Source of the DNA: Brevundimonas sp.
GTDB lineage: Bacteria > Pseudomonadota > Alphaproteobacteria > Caulobacterales > Caulobacteraceae
NCBI RefSeq assembly: GCF_004296955.1
Contig: NZ_SCVB01000055.1
DNA: 64,000 nucleotides
Reading direction: 5' to 3' (one strand)
A program made the translations under genes and the position numbers. Under the pieces are notes generated by a model. The model was given only the letters and a program-made list of their open reading frames with translations. It did not search any database and was not told where the DNA came from. Shown here one piece after another: positions 8,532-20,686 of this stretch. Numbering within the stretch: the first letter of the stretch is position 1; each line of letters opens with the position of its first letter.

Positions 8532-9918
8532 AACACCGCTCTGGACCTCCGCCGAGATCGTCGCCGCCACCGGGGGGACGCTGGCAGGCCCTGCCTTCGA
8601 GGCGACGGGTCTGACCTACAACAGCCGCGAGATCGCCCCGGGCGATCTGTTCCTGGCGCTGAAGGGCGCGCGGGACGGCCATGACTTCGCCGCCGCCGCC
8701 TTCGCGGCCGGGGCGACCGGAGCCCTCGCCGAACATGCGGTCGACGGCGGCCCTTCGGTGATCGTGTCCGACACCCTGCGCGGCCTCGAGGCGCTCGGCA
8801 TGGCGGCCCGCGACCGGACGTCGGCGCGGCGCGGGGCCGTGACCGGCTCGGTCGGCAAGACCAGCGTGACCCAGGCGATCAAGGCCGGGCTGGACCTCGC
8901 CGGTCCGTCCCACGCCTCGATCAAGAGCTACAACAATCACATCGGCGTCCCGCTGACCCTGGCGCGGATGCCGCGCACGACCGAGCGGGCCGTGTTCGAG
9001 ATCGGCATGAATGCGCCCGGCGAGATCGCGCCCCTGTCGAGGATGGTGCGGCCGCATGCGGCCTGCGTCACCACCGTCGGTCCGGTGCATATCGAGGCCT
9101 TCGCCGACGGCGAGGCGGGGGTGGCGGCGGAGAAGGCGGCGATCTTCGAGGGCCTGGCCGAGGACGGCGTCGCGGTGTTCAACGCCGATGTGGCCTTCGC
9201 CGCCGTGCTGGAAGCGGGCGCGCGCCGCGCCGGGGGGCGGATCGCGACCTTTGGATCAGGGGCGGGCTGCGACGCCCGGCTGATCGACTTCCAGCCGCAC
9301 GAAACGGGCGCGCGCGTCCGGGCCGAACTGTTCGGCCGCCCCATCGATTTCCAGCTGGCCCAGTCCGGCTTCCACTGGGGGCTGAACAGTCTCTGCGTCC
9401 TGCTGATGCTCGACGCGCTCGATGTGTCGCTCGACACCGCCCTGGCCGCCCTGTCGGAGTTCCAGCCGCTGGCGGGCCGGGGACAGACGATGACGGTCCA
9501 TGCGCCGGGCGGCGACTTCACCCTGATCGACGAGAGCTACAACGCCAATCCGCTGTCGATGGCGGCTGGCTTCCGCAGCCTCGGGGCGCGGCAGCCGTCC
9601 GCCGGCGGCCGTCGGGTGGTGGTGCTGACCGACATGCTGGAGCTGGGCGACCAGTCCGAGGCGCTGCATGAAGGCCTGGCCGGCCCGATCGACGCCGCGG
9701 GCCTCGATCTGGTCCACGCCGCGGGGCCGGAGATGAAGCGGCTCTATGACGATCTACCGGGCTCGCGTCAGGGCCTGTGGCGCGAGACCGCCGCCGAACT
9801 GGCCGCCGAGGCCGCCATGCTGGTCGGCAAGGGCGATATCGTCATGGTCAAGGGTTCCAACGGTTCGAAGGCGTCGCTGGTCGCCAAAGCTCTTGCTGCT
9901 CTGGGAGGGGCCGCCTGA
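8524..9918 (+). CDS. murF: UDP-MurNAc-pentapeptide synthetase
   Basis: [40 protein letters not shown]. Confidence 0.97.
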   Translation: MPETPLWTSAEIVAATGGTLAGPAFEATGLTYNSREIAPGDLFLALKGARDGHDFAAAAFAAGATGALAEHAVDGGPSVIVSDTLRGLEALGMAARDRTSARRGAVTGSVGKTSVTQAIKAGLDLAGPSHASIKSYNNHIGVPLTLARMPRTTERAVFEIGMNAPGEIAPLSRMVRPHAACVTTVGPVHIEAFADGEAGVAAEKAAIFEGLAEDGVAVFNADVAFAAVLEAGARRAGGRIATFGSGAGCDARLIDFQPHETGARVRAELFGRPIDFQLAQSGFHWGLNSLCVLLMLDALDVSLDTALAALSEFQPLAGRGQTMTVHAPGGDFTLIDESYNANPLSMAAGFRSLGARQPSAGGRRVVVLTDMLELGDQSEALHEGLAGPIDAAGLDLVHAAGPEMKRLYDDLPGSRQGLWRETAAELAAEAAMLVGKGDIVMVKGSNGSKASLVAKALAALGGAA

Positions 9919-11027
9919 TGTTCTATCTGCTCTATCTCCACTACGCCGACATCGCGCAGGACTATCCGCTGCTCAATCTGGTCCAGTACCAGACGGTGCG
10001 GGTGGCGCTGGCCATGGCCACAGCCATGATCGTCGCGGTCGCCATGGGCAGCCGTTTCATCGCCTGGATGCGGGTCAAACAGGGCAAGGGCCAGCCGATC
10101 CGCTCGGACGGCCCGGTCTCGCACCTGTCCAAGGTCGGCACCCCGACCATGGGCGGGCTGATGATCCTGGCCGGGATCGCGGTGGCGGTCTTCCTGTGGG
10201 GCGACCTGACCAACCCCTATATCTGGATCGTCTCGGGCGTGACGGCGGCCTTCGGCCTGCTGGGCTTCATCGACGACTACGCCAAGGTGTCGAAACAGAC
10301 CTCGGCCGGGCTGACCTCGAAACAGAAGCTGCTGGCCCAGGTGGTCGTCTCGGTCGTCGCCGGGGTGCTGACGGTGCTGTGGATGACGGCCTCGCCGACC
10401 ACGCCCAACCTTGAGACCTCGATCGCCTTCCCCTTCTTCAAGGCGGTGCTGCTCAATGTCGGCTGGTTCTATGTCCTGTTCGCCGCCTTCACCATGGTGG
10501 GCTTCTCCAATGCGGTGAACCTGACCGACGGGCTGGACGGCCTAGCCATCGTGCCGGTGATGATGGCGGCGGGCGCTTTCGGCATCATCAGCTACCTCGT
10601 CGGCAACTTCATCTTCTCGGACTATCTGGGCGTCCACCATGTGCCGGGCTCCGGCGAGCTGGCCATCTTCTGCGCCGCCATCATCGGCGGGGGCACGGGC
10701 TTCCTCTGGTACAACGCCCCGCCGGCCAAGATCTTCATGGGCGACACCGGTTCGCTGGCCCTCGGCGGCGCGCTCGGCGCCATCGCCGTGGCCACCAAGC
10801 ACGAGCTGGTGCTGGGCATCGTCGGCGGCCTGTTCGTCATCGAGGCGGCCTCGGTCATGATCCAGGTCGCCTATTTCAAGGCCACGAAGAAGCGCATCTT
10901 CCTGATGGCCCCGATCCACCACCACTTCGAGAAGATGGGCTGGCCGGAGTCGACGGTGGTGATCCGCTTCTGGATCGTCGCCGCCATGCTGGCCCTGCTG
11001 GGGCTGGCGACGTTGAAGCTGCGATAG
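9918..11027 (+). CDS. mraY: Phospho-MurNAc-pentapeptide transferase
   Basis: [41 protein letters not shown]. Confidence 0.98.
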   Translation: MFYLLYLHYADIAQDYPLLNLVQYQTVRVALAMATAMIVAVAMGSRFIAWMRVKQGKGQPIRSDGPVSHLSKVGTPTMGGLMILAGIAVAVFLWGDLTNPYIWIVSGVTAAFGLLGFIDDYAKVSKQTSAGLTSKQKLLAQVVVSVVAGVLTVLWMTASPTTPNLETSIAFPFFKAVLLNVGWFYVLFAAFTMVGFSNAVNLTDGLDGLAIVPVMMAAGAFGIISYLVGNFIFSDYLGVHHVPGSGELAIFCAAIIGGGTGFLWYNAPPAKIFMGDTGSLALGGALGAIAVATKHELVLGIVGGLFVIEAASVMIQVAYFKATKKRIFLMAPIHHHFEKMGWPESTVVIRFWIVAAMLALLGLATLKLR

Positions 11028-11031
11028 AGCC

Positions 11032-12396
11032 ATGATCCCGGTCCCCGGCTTTGAAGGGCGGCGCGTCGCGGTCTTCGGCCTGGGACGGTCGGGGCTGACG
11101 GCGGCGCGCGCGCTCAAGGCCGGCGGGGCCCTGCCGGTGCTGTGGGACGACAGCGTCTCCAGCCGGATGCAGGCCGAGGCTGAGGGGTTCGCGGTCGAGG
11201 ACCTGACGTCGGCCGACTGGTCGGGGTTCGCCGCGCTGGTCCTGTCGCCGGGCGCGCCCCTGACCCATCCAAAGCCGCACTGGACGGTGGGCAAGGCGAA
11301 GGCGGCTGGCGTCGAGGTGATCGGCGACATCGAGCTGTTCGCCCGGGCGATCGCGGCCCTGCCGGAGGCGGAGCGTCCGAAGGTGGTGGCCATCACCGGC
11401 ACCAACGGCAAGTCGACCACCACGGCCCTGATCGGCTGGGTCCTGAAACAGGCGGGGATGACCGTCCACGTCGGCGGCAACATCGGCATCGGCGTGCTGG
11501 CCCTGCCGGCGCTGACGCGGGATGCGGTCTATGTGATCGAGGTGTCGAGCTATCAGCTGGACCTGACGACGAGCTTCGCGCCGGACGTGGCGATCCTCAC
11601 CAACATCAGCCCGGACCATTTGGACCGGCACGGCGGGATGGAGGGGTATGTCGCGGCGAAGGCGCGGATTTTCGCTCATGCGGGCCTGTCGTTGGTCGGC
11701 GTGGATGAGGAATGGGGCCGGCGCATCGCCGCCGGCATGGCCGACGCCCGGACCGTCTCGACGAGCGGAGCGCCCGCGGACATCGGCGCCTCGGACGGGC
11801 GGCTGACAGCCGCTGGCGAGACCATCGATCTCTTGGCCGCCCGCTCGCTCCCCGGCCGCCACAACGCCCAGAACGCCGCCTTCGCCTACGCCGCCGCCCG
11901 GGCGCTCGGCGTCCCGCACGACGCCGCCGTCCAGGGCCTCATGACCTTCCCCGGCCTCGCCCATCGCATGGAGGAGGTCGGCCGCCTCGGCCGCGTCCGC
12001 TTCATCAACGACTCCAAGGCCACCAACGCCGACGCCGCGCGACAGGCCCTGTCGTCCTATGAGCGCAGTTTCTGGATCGCCGGCGGGCGGGCCAAGGCGG
12101 GCGGCATCGACGATCTGGAGGACCTGTTCCCGCGGGTGGTCGAGGCCTTTCTGATCGGCGAGGCGGCCGGGCCGTTTGCGGCGCGGCTGGGCGACACCCC
12201 GCACCGGATCAGCGGCGACATGGCCTCGGCCGTCAAGGCCGCCGCCGAAGCCGCCGCCGCCACCGGGCGCGAGGAGGTCGTGCTGCTCAGCCCCGCCGCC
12301 GCCAGTTTCGACCAGTATCCGGACTTCGAGGCCCGGGGCGAGGCGTTCCGCGCCGCCGTCCTTAACCTCGGGGCTACGCCTTCGGTTCATGGTTAG
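11032..12396 (+). CDS. murD: UDP-MurNAc-L-Ala:D-Glu ligase
   Basis: GLGRSG, ITGTNGKSTT, EVSSYQL, NISPDHLDRH, NDSKATN, SPAAASFDQY. Confidence 0.98.
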   Translation: MIPVPGFEGRRVAVFGLGRSGLTAARALKAGGALPVLWDDSVSSRMQAEAEGFAVEDLTSADWSGFAALVLSPGAPLTHPKPHWTVGKAKAAGVEVIGDIELFARAIAALPEAERPKVVAITGTNGKSTTTALIGWVLKQAGMTVHVGGNIGIGVLALPALTRDAVYVIEVSSYQLDLTTSFAPDVAILTNISPDHLDRHGGMEGYVAAKARIFAHAGLSLVGVDEEWGRRIAAGMADARTVSTSGAPADIGASDGRLTAAGETIDLLAARSLPGRHNAQNAAFAYAAARALGVPHDAAVQGLMTFPGLAHRMEEVGRLGRVRFINDSKATNADAARQALSSYERSFWIAGGRAKAGGIDDLEDLFPRVVEAFLIGEAAGPFAARLGDTPHRISGDMASAVKAAAEAAAATGREEVVLLSPAAASFDQYPDFEARGEAFRAAVLNLGATPSVHG

Positions 12397-12402
12397 CGAA
12401 CC

Positions 12403-13584
12403 ATGACCGCCCACAACTACAGCCCCGCCTTTTCGCGCAACGACCAGAGCCCCATTGCGAAGTGGTTCTGGACGGTCGACCGTGGCCTGCTGGCCGCGGC
12501 CCTGACCCTGATCGCGCTCGGCGTGGCGCTGAGTTTCGCCTCCAGCCCGGCGGCCATCCTGGCCGATGAATCGATCTCGGATCCCTTCCACTATTCGTGG
12601 CGGATGATCGTCTGGGCCTCGGGCGGGACGACGGCCATGCTGCTGGCCTCCCTGCTGTCGCCGCGCGGGGTGCGCCGGATCGCCCTGCTGGCGCTGCTGG
12701 GCGCCATCCTGACCATGATGGCCCTGCCGTTCATCGGCGACGAGGTGAAGGGGGCGGCGCGCTGGATCAACCTGGGCCCCTTCAGCCTGCAGCCGTCCGA
12801 ATTCGCCAAGCCCGGCCTGATCGTCTTCGCCGCCTGGATGTTCTCGGAGGCGCAGAAGGGGCAGGGGGTGCCGGGCGTCTCGATCGCCTTCGGGACCTGG
12901 GCCCTGACCGTCGGCCTGCTGCTGATCCAGCCCGACATCGGCCAGACCCTGCTGATCACCACCACCTTCATGGCCGTCTTCTTCATGGCCGGGGTGCCGC
13001 TGAAATGGGTCGCGGCCCTGGCGGCGGCGGGCGCCGGCGGCGTGGTCGGCCTGTATTTCGCCTTCAGCCACATGCGCGACCGTCTGAGCCGCTTCTTCTC
13101 GCCCGAGACCGCCGACACCCACCAGATCGACCGCGCCTCGGAGGCCATCCGCGCCGGCGGCCTGGTCGGGCGCGGGGTCGGCGAGGGGGTGATGAAACGC
13201 CACGTCCCCGACCTGCACACCGACTTCATCTATTCGGTCGGCGCCGAGGAGTTCGGCCTGGTCCTGTCGCTGGCCATGATCGCCCTCTACGCCTTCATCG
13301 TGGTGCGCGGCATGCGCCGGGCGATGAAGCTGACCGATCCGTTCGAACAGACGGCGGCGGCGGGGCTGTTCATGCTGATCGGCCTGCAGGCCTGCATCAA
13401 TATCGCGGTGAACCTGAACCTGATCCCGACCAAGGGGATGACCCTGCCCTTCATCAGCTATGGCGGCTCGTCGATGCTGGCCATGGGGCTGACCATGGGC
13501 CTGGCCCTTGCCCTGACCCGCCGTCGGCCGGGCGCCTATGAGCCGGGGACCAGCCTGCCGGATCGCGGGCGGATCCTGCCATGA
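12403..13584 (+). CDS. ftsW: SEDS peptidoglycan polymerase FtsW
   Basis: GAARW, QPSEFAK, QPDIG, HTDFIYS…EEFG, PTKGMTLPFISYGGSS. Confidence 0.97.
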   Translation: MTAHNYSPAFSRNDQSPIAKWFWTVDRGLLAAALTLIALGVALSFASSPAAILADESISDPFHYSWRMIVWASGGTTAMLLASLLSPRGVRRIALLALLGAILTMMALPFIGDEVKGAARWINLGPFSLQPSEFAKPGLIVFAAWMFSEAQKGQGVPGVSIAFGTWALTVGLLLIQPDIGQTLLITTTFMAVFFMAGVPLKWVAALAAAGAGGVVGLYFAFSHMRDRLSRFFSPETADTHQIDRASEAIRAGGLVGRGVGEGVMKRHVPDLHTDFIYSVGAEEFGLVLSLAMIALYAFIVVRGMRRAMKLTDPFEQTAAAGLFMLIGLQACINIAVNLNLIPTKGMTLPFISYGGSSMLAMGLTMGLALALTRRRPGAYEPGTSLPDRGRILP

Positions 13585-14687
13585 CCGCACGGGTCTGCGT
13601 CGTCGCCGCCGGGGGCACCGGCGGGCATATGTTCCCGGCCGAGGCGCTGGCGCGCGAACTCCAGGCGCGGGGCTGGCGCATCGTGCTGGCCACCGATCAT
13701 CGCGGCGAGGCCTATGCCCAGGCCTTTCCGGCCGAGGAAAGGATCGCGCTGGACGCCGCCACCGGTCGCGGACCGGTCGGCATGGCCAAGGCGGGCGTCG
13801 CCATTGCACGCGGCCTGTTCAAGGCGCGGTCGGCGCTGAAACGGCTGGATGCGGCGGTGGTGGTCGGCTTCGGCGGCTACCCTTCCGCCCCCGCCCTGCT
13901 GGCGGCGCTGAGCCAGGGGCGGCCGACCCTGGTGCACGAGCAGAATTCTGTGCTGGGGCGGACCAACCGCTGGCTGTCGCCCTATGTCGGCGCCGTCGCG
14001 GCGTCGTTTCCGAACCTGCTGCTGGTCCCGCATGGCGTCGGCGCGCGGGTCAGCCTGATCGGCAATCCGGTGCGGCCCGACATCCGCGCCCTGTTCGACC
14101 GCCCGTACGCCGCCCCGACCGCGCGCGGGCCGATCCAGGTGCTGGTCACCGGCGGCAGCCAGGGCGCGCGCATCCTGTCCGAGGCCGTGCCCCAGGCCTT
14201 CGCCGCCCTGCCGGCGCCGCTGCGCAAGCAGCTGCGGGTGCAGCAGCAGTCGCGGCCCGAGATGCTGGAGACCGCGCGGGCGATCTATGCCGGCGCGGGG
14301 ATCGAGGCCGAGGTGGCGCCCTTCTTCGGCGACATGGCCCGGCGGCTGGCGACGACGCATCTGGTCATCGGCCGGGCCGGGGCCTCGACCTGTTCGGAAC
14401 TGGCCGTGGCCGGCCTGCCGTCGCTGCTGATCCCGCTGAAGATCGCCATGGACGACCACCAGCGCTTCAACGCCGCCAGCCTGGCCGAGGCCGGCGGGGC
14501 CGAGGTGGCGCCAGAGGACGAGGCGACGGCGGAGCGTCTGACGGCGGTCCTGCAGGCGATGCTGTCCGATCCGGCGCGGCTGACGGCGATGAGCGCGGGT
14601 GCGAAATCGGCCGCCCTGCCGGACGCGACGGCGAAGCTGGCCGACATGGTCGAGGCCGCGGCGGCGGGGCGGAACCCTCCCGCCTGA
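13581..14687 (+). CDS. murG: Lipid II GlcNAc transferase
   Basis: GGTGGHMFP, GFGGYPS, HEQN, GNPVR, GGSQGA, RAGAST. Confidence 0.98.
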   Translation: MTARVCVVAAGGTGGHMFPAEALARELQARGWRIVLATDHRGEAYAQAFPAEERIALDAATGRGPVGMAKAGVAIARGLFKARSALKRLDAAVVVGFGGYPSAPALLAALSQGRPTLVHEQNSVLGRTNRWLSPYVGAVAASFPNLLLVPHGVGARVSLIGNPVRPDIRALFDRPYAAPTARGPIQVLVTGGSQGARILSEAVPQAFAALPAPLRKQLRVQQQSRPEMLETARAIYAGAGIEAEVAPFFGDMARRLATTHLVIGRAGASTCSELAVAGLPSLLIPLKIAMDDHQRFNAASLAEAGGAEVAPEDEATAERLTAVLQAMLSDPARLTAMSAGAKSAALPDATAKLADMVEAAAAGRNPPA

Positions 14688-14712
14688 GGCGGTAAGGGCC
14701 TATAGGGTCTGA

Positions 14713-15831
14713 ATGCCCGCCTTCGTCACGGACCTGTCCCGAGAGATTTTCCGCCTCTGGCAGGAGTTCTACTGGCTGCCCGAATGGGCGGTGATCACCG
14801 TCATCGTGGTGGGCTTTCTGTTCATCGGCTGGGCCGCCAACCAGCTGGTTTTCGCCCTGCTGAAACTGGCCGTGCGCAAGCGGGACGTCTTCTGGCGCGG
14901 CACCGTCGGTCGGGCGCGGCTGAAGGTGCGGATCGCGGTGATGATCGCCGCCATGGCCCTGGCGGTCACCGTCTCGCCGCTGGATCCGGAACCGTCGCTG
15001 CTGATCCGCCAGACCCTGCTGTTCGTCTTCATCCTGACCATGGGCTGGATGCTGATCGGGGCCTCGGACATGTGGGCGGTGGTCTATCTGCGCCGCTTCA
15101 ACATGGAGACCGAGGACAACCTGGTCGCCCGCAAACATGTGACCCAGGCCCGCATCCTGCAGCGGGTGGCGGCCCTGCTGATCGGCATCGTCACCCTTGG
15201 CCTCGCCCTGCTGACAATTTCGGCGGTGCGTCAGTGGGGGCTTTCGCTGCTGGCCTCGGCGGGGGTGGTGGGCCTGATCGCCGGCCTCGCCCTGCAGCCG
15301 TTCCTGACCAATATGATCGCCGGCATCCAGATCGCCACGGCCCAGCCGATCCGGCTGGACGACGCCGTCGTCGTCGAGGGCGAATGGGGGACGATCGAGG
15401 AGATCACCTCGACCTATGTGGTGGTCAAGCTGTGGGACTGGCGGCGGCTGGTCCTGCCGCTCAGCTATTTCATCAACAAGCCCTTCCAGAACTGGACCCG
15501 GGAATCGGCGCGGCTGATCGGCTCGGCCTTCCTGTACGTCGACTATGAAGCGCCGATGGAGCGGCTGCGGGCCGAGCTGGAGCGGATCTGCCGCGCCAGC
15601 CTGTTCTGGGACGGCGATGTGATCAGCCTGCAGGTGGTCGAGATCACCGAACGCACGGCCCAGGTCCGCTGCCTGGCCAGCGCCCGCAACGCCCCGACCG
15701 CCTTCGACCTGCGCTGCGAGATCCGCGAGAAGATGCTGGCCTTCATGCGCGACGAATGCCCCGAGGCCCTGCCCCGGGACCGGGTCGCCATGGACCGGCC
15801 CGGCGAGGGCGGAATTCTTCCGCCTTCGTAA
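14713..15831 (+). CDS. MscS-family mechanosensitive ion channel
   Basis: N-terminal TMs; SLLASAG..GL..GLA.Q..L.N..AG; PIRLDD.V.VEGEWG.IEEI. Confidence 0.9.
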   Translation: MPAFVTDLSREIFRLWQEFYWLPEWAVITVIVVGFLFIGWAANQLVFALLKLAVRKRDVFWRGTVGRARLKVRIAVMIAAMALAVTVSPLDPEPSLLIRQTLLFVFILTMGWMLIGASDMWAVVYLRRFNMETEDNLVARKHVTQARILQRVAALLIGIVTLGLALLTISAVRQWGLSLLASAGVVGLIAGLALQPFLTNMIAGIQIATAQPIRLDDAVVVEGEWGTIEEITSTYVVVKLWDWRRLVLPLSYFINKPFQNWTRESARLIGSAFLYVDYEAPMERLRAELERICRASLFWDGDVISLQVVEITERTAQVRCLASARNAPTAFDLRCEIREKMLAFMRDECPEALPRDRVAMDRPGEGGILPPS

Positions 15832-15866
15832 CCGGGCGTTGACCGCGCCGGGTCCAGGATGGGTTC

Positions 15867-16592
15867 ATGGCGCGCTTCATGACCCTCGATTTCGCCGATG
15901 GCGACCGGCCGCAGACGCTGGCCCGGGTGCTTGAGATGGCGCGCGGCGGCTATGGCTATGTGGTCACGCCCAATGTCGATCACGTGGTCAAGCTGATGGA
16001 CGGCCGCGTCGGGCGCGACGTCTATGAAGGCGCCGCTCTCAAGGTCTGCGACAGCCGGATCCTCAGCCATCTGGCGCGGCTGCGCGGCGTGACCCTGCCG
16101 GTCTATCCGGGCTCGGACATGACCGCGGACCTGCTGGCCTCGCCGGCCGCGGAAGGCCTGACCATCGCGGTCTTCGGCCCCGACCGCGCCGCGTTCAACG
16201 ACCTCGCCGCCCGCTATCCGCGCCAGAGGCTGAAATACCTCGAGGCGCCGATGCTGGTTCCCGGCACGCTGGGCTGGCGGGCCGCCGTCGGCCACGCCGC
16301 CGGGGCCGAGTGGGACGTGCTGCTGGCCTGCGTCTCCTTCCCCAAACAGGAGCTGTTCGCCCACGCCCTGCGCGCCTGCGGCCGCAAGACGGGGGTGACG
16401 CTGTGCGTCGGCGCCTCGGTGGACTTCCTGACCGGCCGCCAGCAAAGGGCGCCGCGCATCTTCCAGCGGCTGTCGCTGGAATGGTTGCACCGGTTGCTGA
16501 GCCAGCCGCGGCGGATGTTCCGCCGCTATGTGATCGAGGGGCCGGCGATCTTCGGGTGGTTCGTGCGGACGGAAGTGCTGGGCTCGCGCTAG
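15867..16592 (+). CDS. WecB/TagA/CpsF family glycosyltransferase
   Basis: [25 protein letters not shown]…LEWLHRL..PRR..RRY. Confidence 0.92.
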   Translation: MARFMTLDFADGDRPQTLARVLEMARGGYGYVVTPNVDHVVKLMDGRVGRDVYEGAALKVCDSRILSHLARLRGVTLPVYPGSDMTADLLASPAAEGLTIAVFGPDRAAFNDLAARYPRQRLKYLEAPMLVPGTLGWRAAVGHAAGAEWDVLLACVSFPKQELFAHALRACGRKTGVTLCVGASVDFLTGRQQRAPRIFQRLSLEWLHRLLSQPRRMFRRYVIEGPAIFGWFVRTEVLGSR

Positions 16593-19500
16593 GCCGCCAC
16601 GATCTCTTCCGCCTGGCTCAGGTCCACGCTGACCAGCTGCGAAACCCCCCGTTCCGGCATGGTCACGCCGTAAAGGCGGTCCATCCGGCTCATGGTCACC
16701 GGGTTGTGGGTGATGACGATGAAGCGGGTGTCGGTCCGCTTCCGCATCTCGTCGAGCATGCGGCAGAAGCGGTCGACGTTGGCGTCGTCCAGCGGGGCGT
16801 CGACCTCGTCCAGCACGCAGACCGGGGCCGGATTGGCGAGGAAGACGGCGAAGATCAGGGCCGCCGCCGTCAGGGCCTGCTCGCCCCCGGACATCAGGCT
16901 CATCACCGCCAGCCGCTTGCCGGGCGGGCAGGCGTAGATCTCCAGCCCCGCCTCGAGCGGATCGTCGCTCTCGACCAGTTTCAGCTCGGCCTGGCCGCCG
17001 CCGAACAGGGCTTCGAACAGGCTCTTGAAATTGTCGTTGATGACGTCGAACGCCGCCACCAGCCGCTCGCGGCCCTCGGCGTTCAGCTCGTCGATGCCGT
17101 CGCGCAGCTTGGCGATGGCGCTGGTCAGGTCCGACCGCTCCACCTTCATGGTCTGCAGCCGGTCGCCGTATTCGATGGCCTCTTCTTCGGCCAGCAGGTT
17201 GACCGCGCCGAGGGCCTCGCGCTCGCGCTCCAGGCCGTACAGCAGGCTTTCGGCCCCGGCGGCGTCGGGCGGGCGGGCGATGGCGTCGTCGGTCAGCTTC
17301 TGACCGAGCTCCTCGGGCGACATCTGCGCCGTTTCGCGCAGGTTGCTCTCGGTCTCGGCCAGCTTCTCGGCCGCGGCCTCGGCCCGCGCCGCCAGACCGG
17401 CCCGCGCCTCGCGCGCCGACGACGCCGTCGCCTCGGCCGCCCGCGCGGCCCGGTCGGCCTCGGTCGCCGCCCCCTCGGCCACGGCGAGAGCGTCGCCGGC
17501 GGCCTTGCGGCGGGTCTCGGCGACGGTCAGGGCGTCGAGCAGGGAGGAGCGCTGCGTCGCCAGCTGTTCAGGGGCCGCCGAGGCCGCCTTCAGCCGGGCC
17601 GCCGTCTTCTCCGCATCCTTTTCGAGCGCCGCGATCCGCGCCGTGGCGTCCTTCGCCCGGGCGGCCCAGCCGTCGCGTTCACGGGTCAGACCGTCCAGCC
17701 GCGCCTGACGCCCCGCGACCTCGCGCGCCTCGGCGTCGCGCTCGACCCGCGCCGTCGCCGCCGCGCCGCGCGCCGCGTCCGCCGCCGTCCGCGCCGCCGC
17801 CAGTTCGGCGCGCAGGCTGTCCAGCGTCTCGGACGGGGCCTCGCTCCCTTGCGCCTCGGCCAGCGCCGCCTGCGCCGCCTCGACCTCGGCGGCCAGCCGG
17901 GTCAGGGTTTCGTCCAGCGCCTGGGCCCGGGCCTCCTTGCGCGCCTGGTCGCGGCCGAGGCTCTCGACCCGGTCGCGGGCGGCGGTGACGGCCTTGTCGA
18001 GCGGGAAGGGCGCGGCGCGGGCGGTCTTCACGGCTTCCTCGGCGGCGCGGAAGGCTTCAGTGGCGGCCTTCAGCGCGGCCTGGGCGACCTCCAGCGCCGG
18101 CTTGCCGGAGTCGATCTCGGCTTCCAGCTCTGACAGCCGGGTGCGCTGGGCCAGCCGCACCGCCGCCGGGCGCGGGGCCTCGGCGCGCTGGACGAAGCCG
18201 TCCCAGCGCCACAGGTCGCCGGCGACGGTGACCAGACGGGCGCCGACGGGCAGGCCTTTGGCCAGCCGTTCGATCTCGCTGGCCGGGGCCAGGCCGCACA
18301 GGGCGAGACGGGCCTTCAGCTGGTCCGGGGCCGAGACATGGTCGGCCAGCGGCTCGACGCCGGTCGGCCAGACGGGGGCGGGGACCTCGGCGCCGGCCCA
18401 GTAGGCGGCGGCCTTCTTGTCGAGCGCCGCGTCCAGATCGTCGCCCAGCGCCGCGGCCAGCGCCGCCTCATAGCCCTTGCCGGCCTCGACGCTGTCCAGC
18501 GCCGGGGCGTGTTCGCGCTTGCCGTGGACCAGCAGCTGGGCGAGGCCGCGCGCCTCCGTCTGCAAGCGTCCCAGACGGTCCTCGGCCGCGCGGGCCGCCG
18601 TGCGCGCCTCGGCCTCGGCGCGGGCGCGGTCGCCGCGTTCCGCCTCGGCCGCCTCGACCGCCGCGCGGGCTGCCGCCAGCTCGGCCTGGGCCGCCTCCAG
18701 CGCCGTCTTCGCGGCCTCGATCTCGGGCGTTTCCAGCGGGCCCAGCGCCGCGCGTTCGGACTGGGCCGAAGCCAGCTGCGCCTCCGCCCGGGCGACGCGG
18801 GCCTCGGCGTCGCGCTTGCGGGCGGTCTCGGCGTTTACCCGGGCCTCGACCGAGGCGGCGGCGCCGGCGACGCGCTCGACCTCGGCGTCGGCGGCCTTGC
18901 GGGCGTCCTCGGCGGCGGCGAGGGCGGCTTCCAGCTCCGGCCCGCGCGTCGGGGCGCCGGCGATCTCGGCAGTCAGGGTCTCCAGCGCCGCGCCCAGCCG
19001 GGCCAGTTCGCCCTCCGCGTCCCCGGCCATGGCCGTTTCGCGCTCGATGTCGGCGGCGATGCGGGCGGCCTCGGCCGTCAGGCGGTCGACCTCGGCGCGG
19101 GCGGCCTGTTCGGCCGTGTCGAGCCGGTCGCGTTCAAGGCTGGCGCGGTGCAGCAGGGCGCCGGCGACGGCGTCCTCCTCGCGCGCCGGCTTCAGCGCCT
19201 CCTGGGCCGTCAGGGCGGCGGTCTGGGCCCGGCTGGAGGCGGCGGTCGCCTCGCCCACCGCCCGGTCGGCGTCGGCCAGCTCCTGCGCGGCGGCCTCGGC
19301 GGCCACGCGCGCATCGTTCCAGCGCACGAACAGCAGCGCCGCCTGCAGGGCCCGGATCTCGGCCGAGATCTTCTTGTACCGCTCGGCCTGGCGCGCCTCG
19401 CGCCTCAGCCGGGTCAGCGCCGTCTCCAGTTCGCGGCCGATGTCGTCCAGACGGTCGAGGTTGGCCTCCGCCGCCTTCAGCCGCAGCTCGGCCTCGTGCC

Positions 19501-20029
19501 TGCGCGTGTGCAGGCCGGCCACCCCGCCGGCTTCCTCAAGGATGCGGCGGCGGTTCTGCGGCTTGGCGGCGATCAGCTCGCTGATCTGGCCCTGACGAAC
19601 GAGGGCCGGGCTGTTCGCGCCGGTCGAGGCGTCGGCGAACAGCAGTTGCACGTCCCGCGCCCGCACCTCCTTGCCGTTGATGCGATAGGTCGAGCCCTGG
19701 CCGCGGTCGATGCGGCGCGACACCTCCAGCAGGGGACTGTCGGTGAAGGGCTGGGGCGCCCGGCGCTGGGCGTTGTCGATGGTCAGCTGGACTTCGGCGT
19801 GGTTGCGCGGCGGGCGGTCGGCGGCGCCGGCGAAGATGACGTCGTCCATGCCCTGGCCGCGCATGGCCTTGGCGGAGTTGGCGCCCATGACCCAGCGCAG
19901 GCCCTCCAGCACATTGGACTTGCCGCAGCCATTGGGGCCGACCACGCCGGTCAGGCCCGGCTCGATATGCACCTCGGCGGGATCGACGAAGGACTTGAAG
20001 CCGACGAGCCGGAGGCGCTGGAACTGCAT
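16589..20029 (-). CDS. smc: Chromosome segregation protein SMC
   Basis: [14 protein letters not shown], long coiled coils, [14 protein letters not shown]. Confidence 0.97.
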   Translation of the reverse strand: MQFQRLRLVGFKSFVDPAEVHIEPGLTGVVGPNGCGKSNVLEGLRWVMGANSAKAMRGQGMDDVIFAGAADRPPRNHAEVQLTIDNAQRRAPQPFTDSPLLEVSRRIDRGQGSTYRINGKEVRARDVQLLFADASTGANSPALVRQGQISELIAAKPQNRRRILEEAGGVAGLHTRRHEAELRLKAAEANLDRLDDIGRELETALTRLRREARQAERYKKISAEIRALQAALLFVRWNDARVAAEAAAQELADADRAVGEATAASSRAQTAALTAQEALKPAREEDAVAGALLHRASLERDRLDTAEQAARAEVDRLTAEAARIAADIERETAMAGDAEGELARLGAALETLTAEIAGAPTRGPELEAALAAAEDARKAADAEVERVAGAAASVEARVNAETARKRDAEARVARAEAQLASAQSERAALGPLETPEIEAAKTALEAAQAELAAARAAVEAAEAERGDRARAEAEARTAARAAEDRLGRLQTEARGLAQLLVHGKREHAPALDSVEAGKGYEAALAAALGDDLDAALDKKAAAYWAGAEVPAPVWPTGVEPLADHVSAPDQLKARLALCGLAPASEIERLAKGLPVGARLVTVAGDLWRWDGFVQRAEAPRPAAVRLAQRTRLSELEAEIDSGKPALEVAQAALKAATEAFRAAEEAVKTARAAPFPLDKAVTAARDRVESLGRDQARKEARAQALDETLTRLAAEVEAAQAALAEAQGSEAPSETLDSLRAELAAARTAADAARGAAATARVERDAEAREVAGRQARLDGLTRERDGWAARAKDATARIAALEKDAEKTAARLKAASAAPEQLATQRSSLLDALTVAETRRKAAGDALAVAEGAATEADRAARAAEATASSAREARAGLAARAEAAAEKLAETESNLRETAQMSPEELGQKLTDDAIARPPDAAGAESLLYGLEREREALGAVNLLAEEEAIEYGDRLQTMKVERSDLTSAIAKLRDGIDELNAEGRERLVAAFDVINDNFKSLFEALFGGGQAELKLVESDDPLEAGLEIYACPPGKRLAVMSLMSGGEQALTAAALIFAVFLANPAPVCVLDEVDAPLDDANVDRFCRMLDEMRKRTDTRFIVITHNPVTMSRMDRLYGVTMPERGVSQLVSVDLSQAEEIVAA

Positions 20030-20042
20030 GGTCCCTACGCGG

Positions 20043-20678
20043 TCACTGGCCTGAAGCGGCCGCCCGGATCGCGACCTCCAGCCCGCCCAGCGAGCGGTCC
20101 GTCACCCGGCGGCCGTTGACGAAGAAGGCCGGGGTGGTGTTGGCGCCGGCCGTGTTCGCGCTGTCGACGTCGCGGTTGATGGCCTCCAGGGTCGCCGGGG
20201 TCGCGACGCAGGCCTCGATCTGGGCCTGGGTGCGACCGCTGACGGCGATCGCCGGTGCGTACCAGGCCTCGCGCGTGCCGCCCCGGAAGACCGCGTCCTG
20301 CCCGAGCATCAGGGCCGAGGCGACGTCGAAGAAGCGCTCCGGCGCGGCGCAGCGGGCCAGGGCCGCCCCGGGCAGGGACATTTCCTCCGGCAGGGTCGGC
20401 AGGTTGCGGAACACGAACCGGACCTGGCCGGTGTCGATGAAGCGCGCCTTGAAGCCCGGATAGACGAACCGGTGCCAGTCGGCGCAGTGGTTGCAGGCGA
20501 AGGAGGCGTATTCGACCACCGTCACCGGGGCGTCGGCGCGGCCGATGCTGCGATCGGCCGCGGTGACCGGGGCCAGGGCCTCGCGCGCGACAGCCGGCGC
20601 CGACCCCGCGCCCGAGGTCGCGATGATCGGCGCCAGCAGGGCCAGCGCCAGGATCAGGAAGGATCGCCGCCCGGCCAC
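20043..20678 (-). CDS. DsbA-family thioredoxin-like protein (CNHC)
   Basis: [20 protein letters not shown]…TPAFFVNG; start uncertain (GTG 20678). Confidence 0.85.
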   Translation of the reverse strand: MAGRRSFLILALALLAPIIATSGAGSAPAVAREALAPVTAADRSIGRADAPVTVVEYASFACNHCADWHRFVYPGFKARFIDTGQVRFVFRNLPTLPEEMSLPGAALARCAAPERFFDVASALMLGQDAVFRGGTREAWYAPAIAVSGRTQAQIEACVATPATLEAINRDVDSANTAGANTTPAFFVNGRRVTDRSLGGLEVAIRAAASGQ

Positions 20679-20686
20679 CGCTGCGA

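Noticed and set aside
10876-13809. 977-aa minus-strand ORF
   Set aside because: Antisense shadow of murD/ftsW caused by high GC; no motifs
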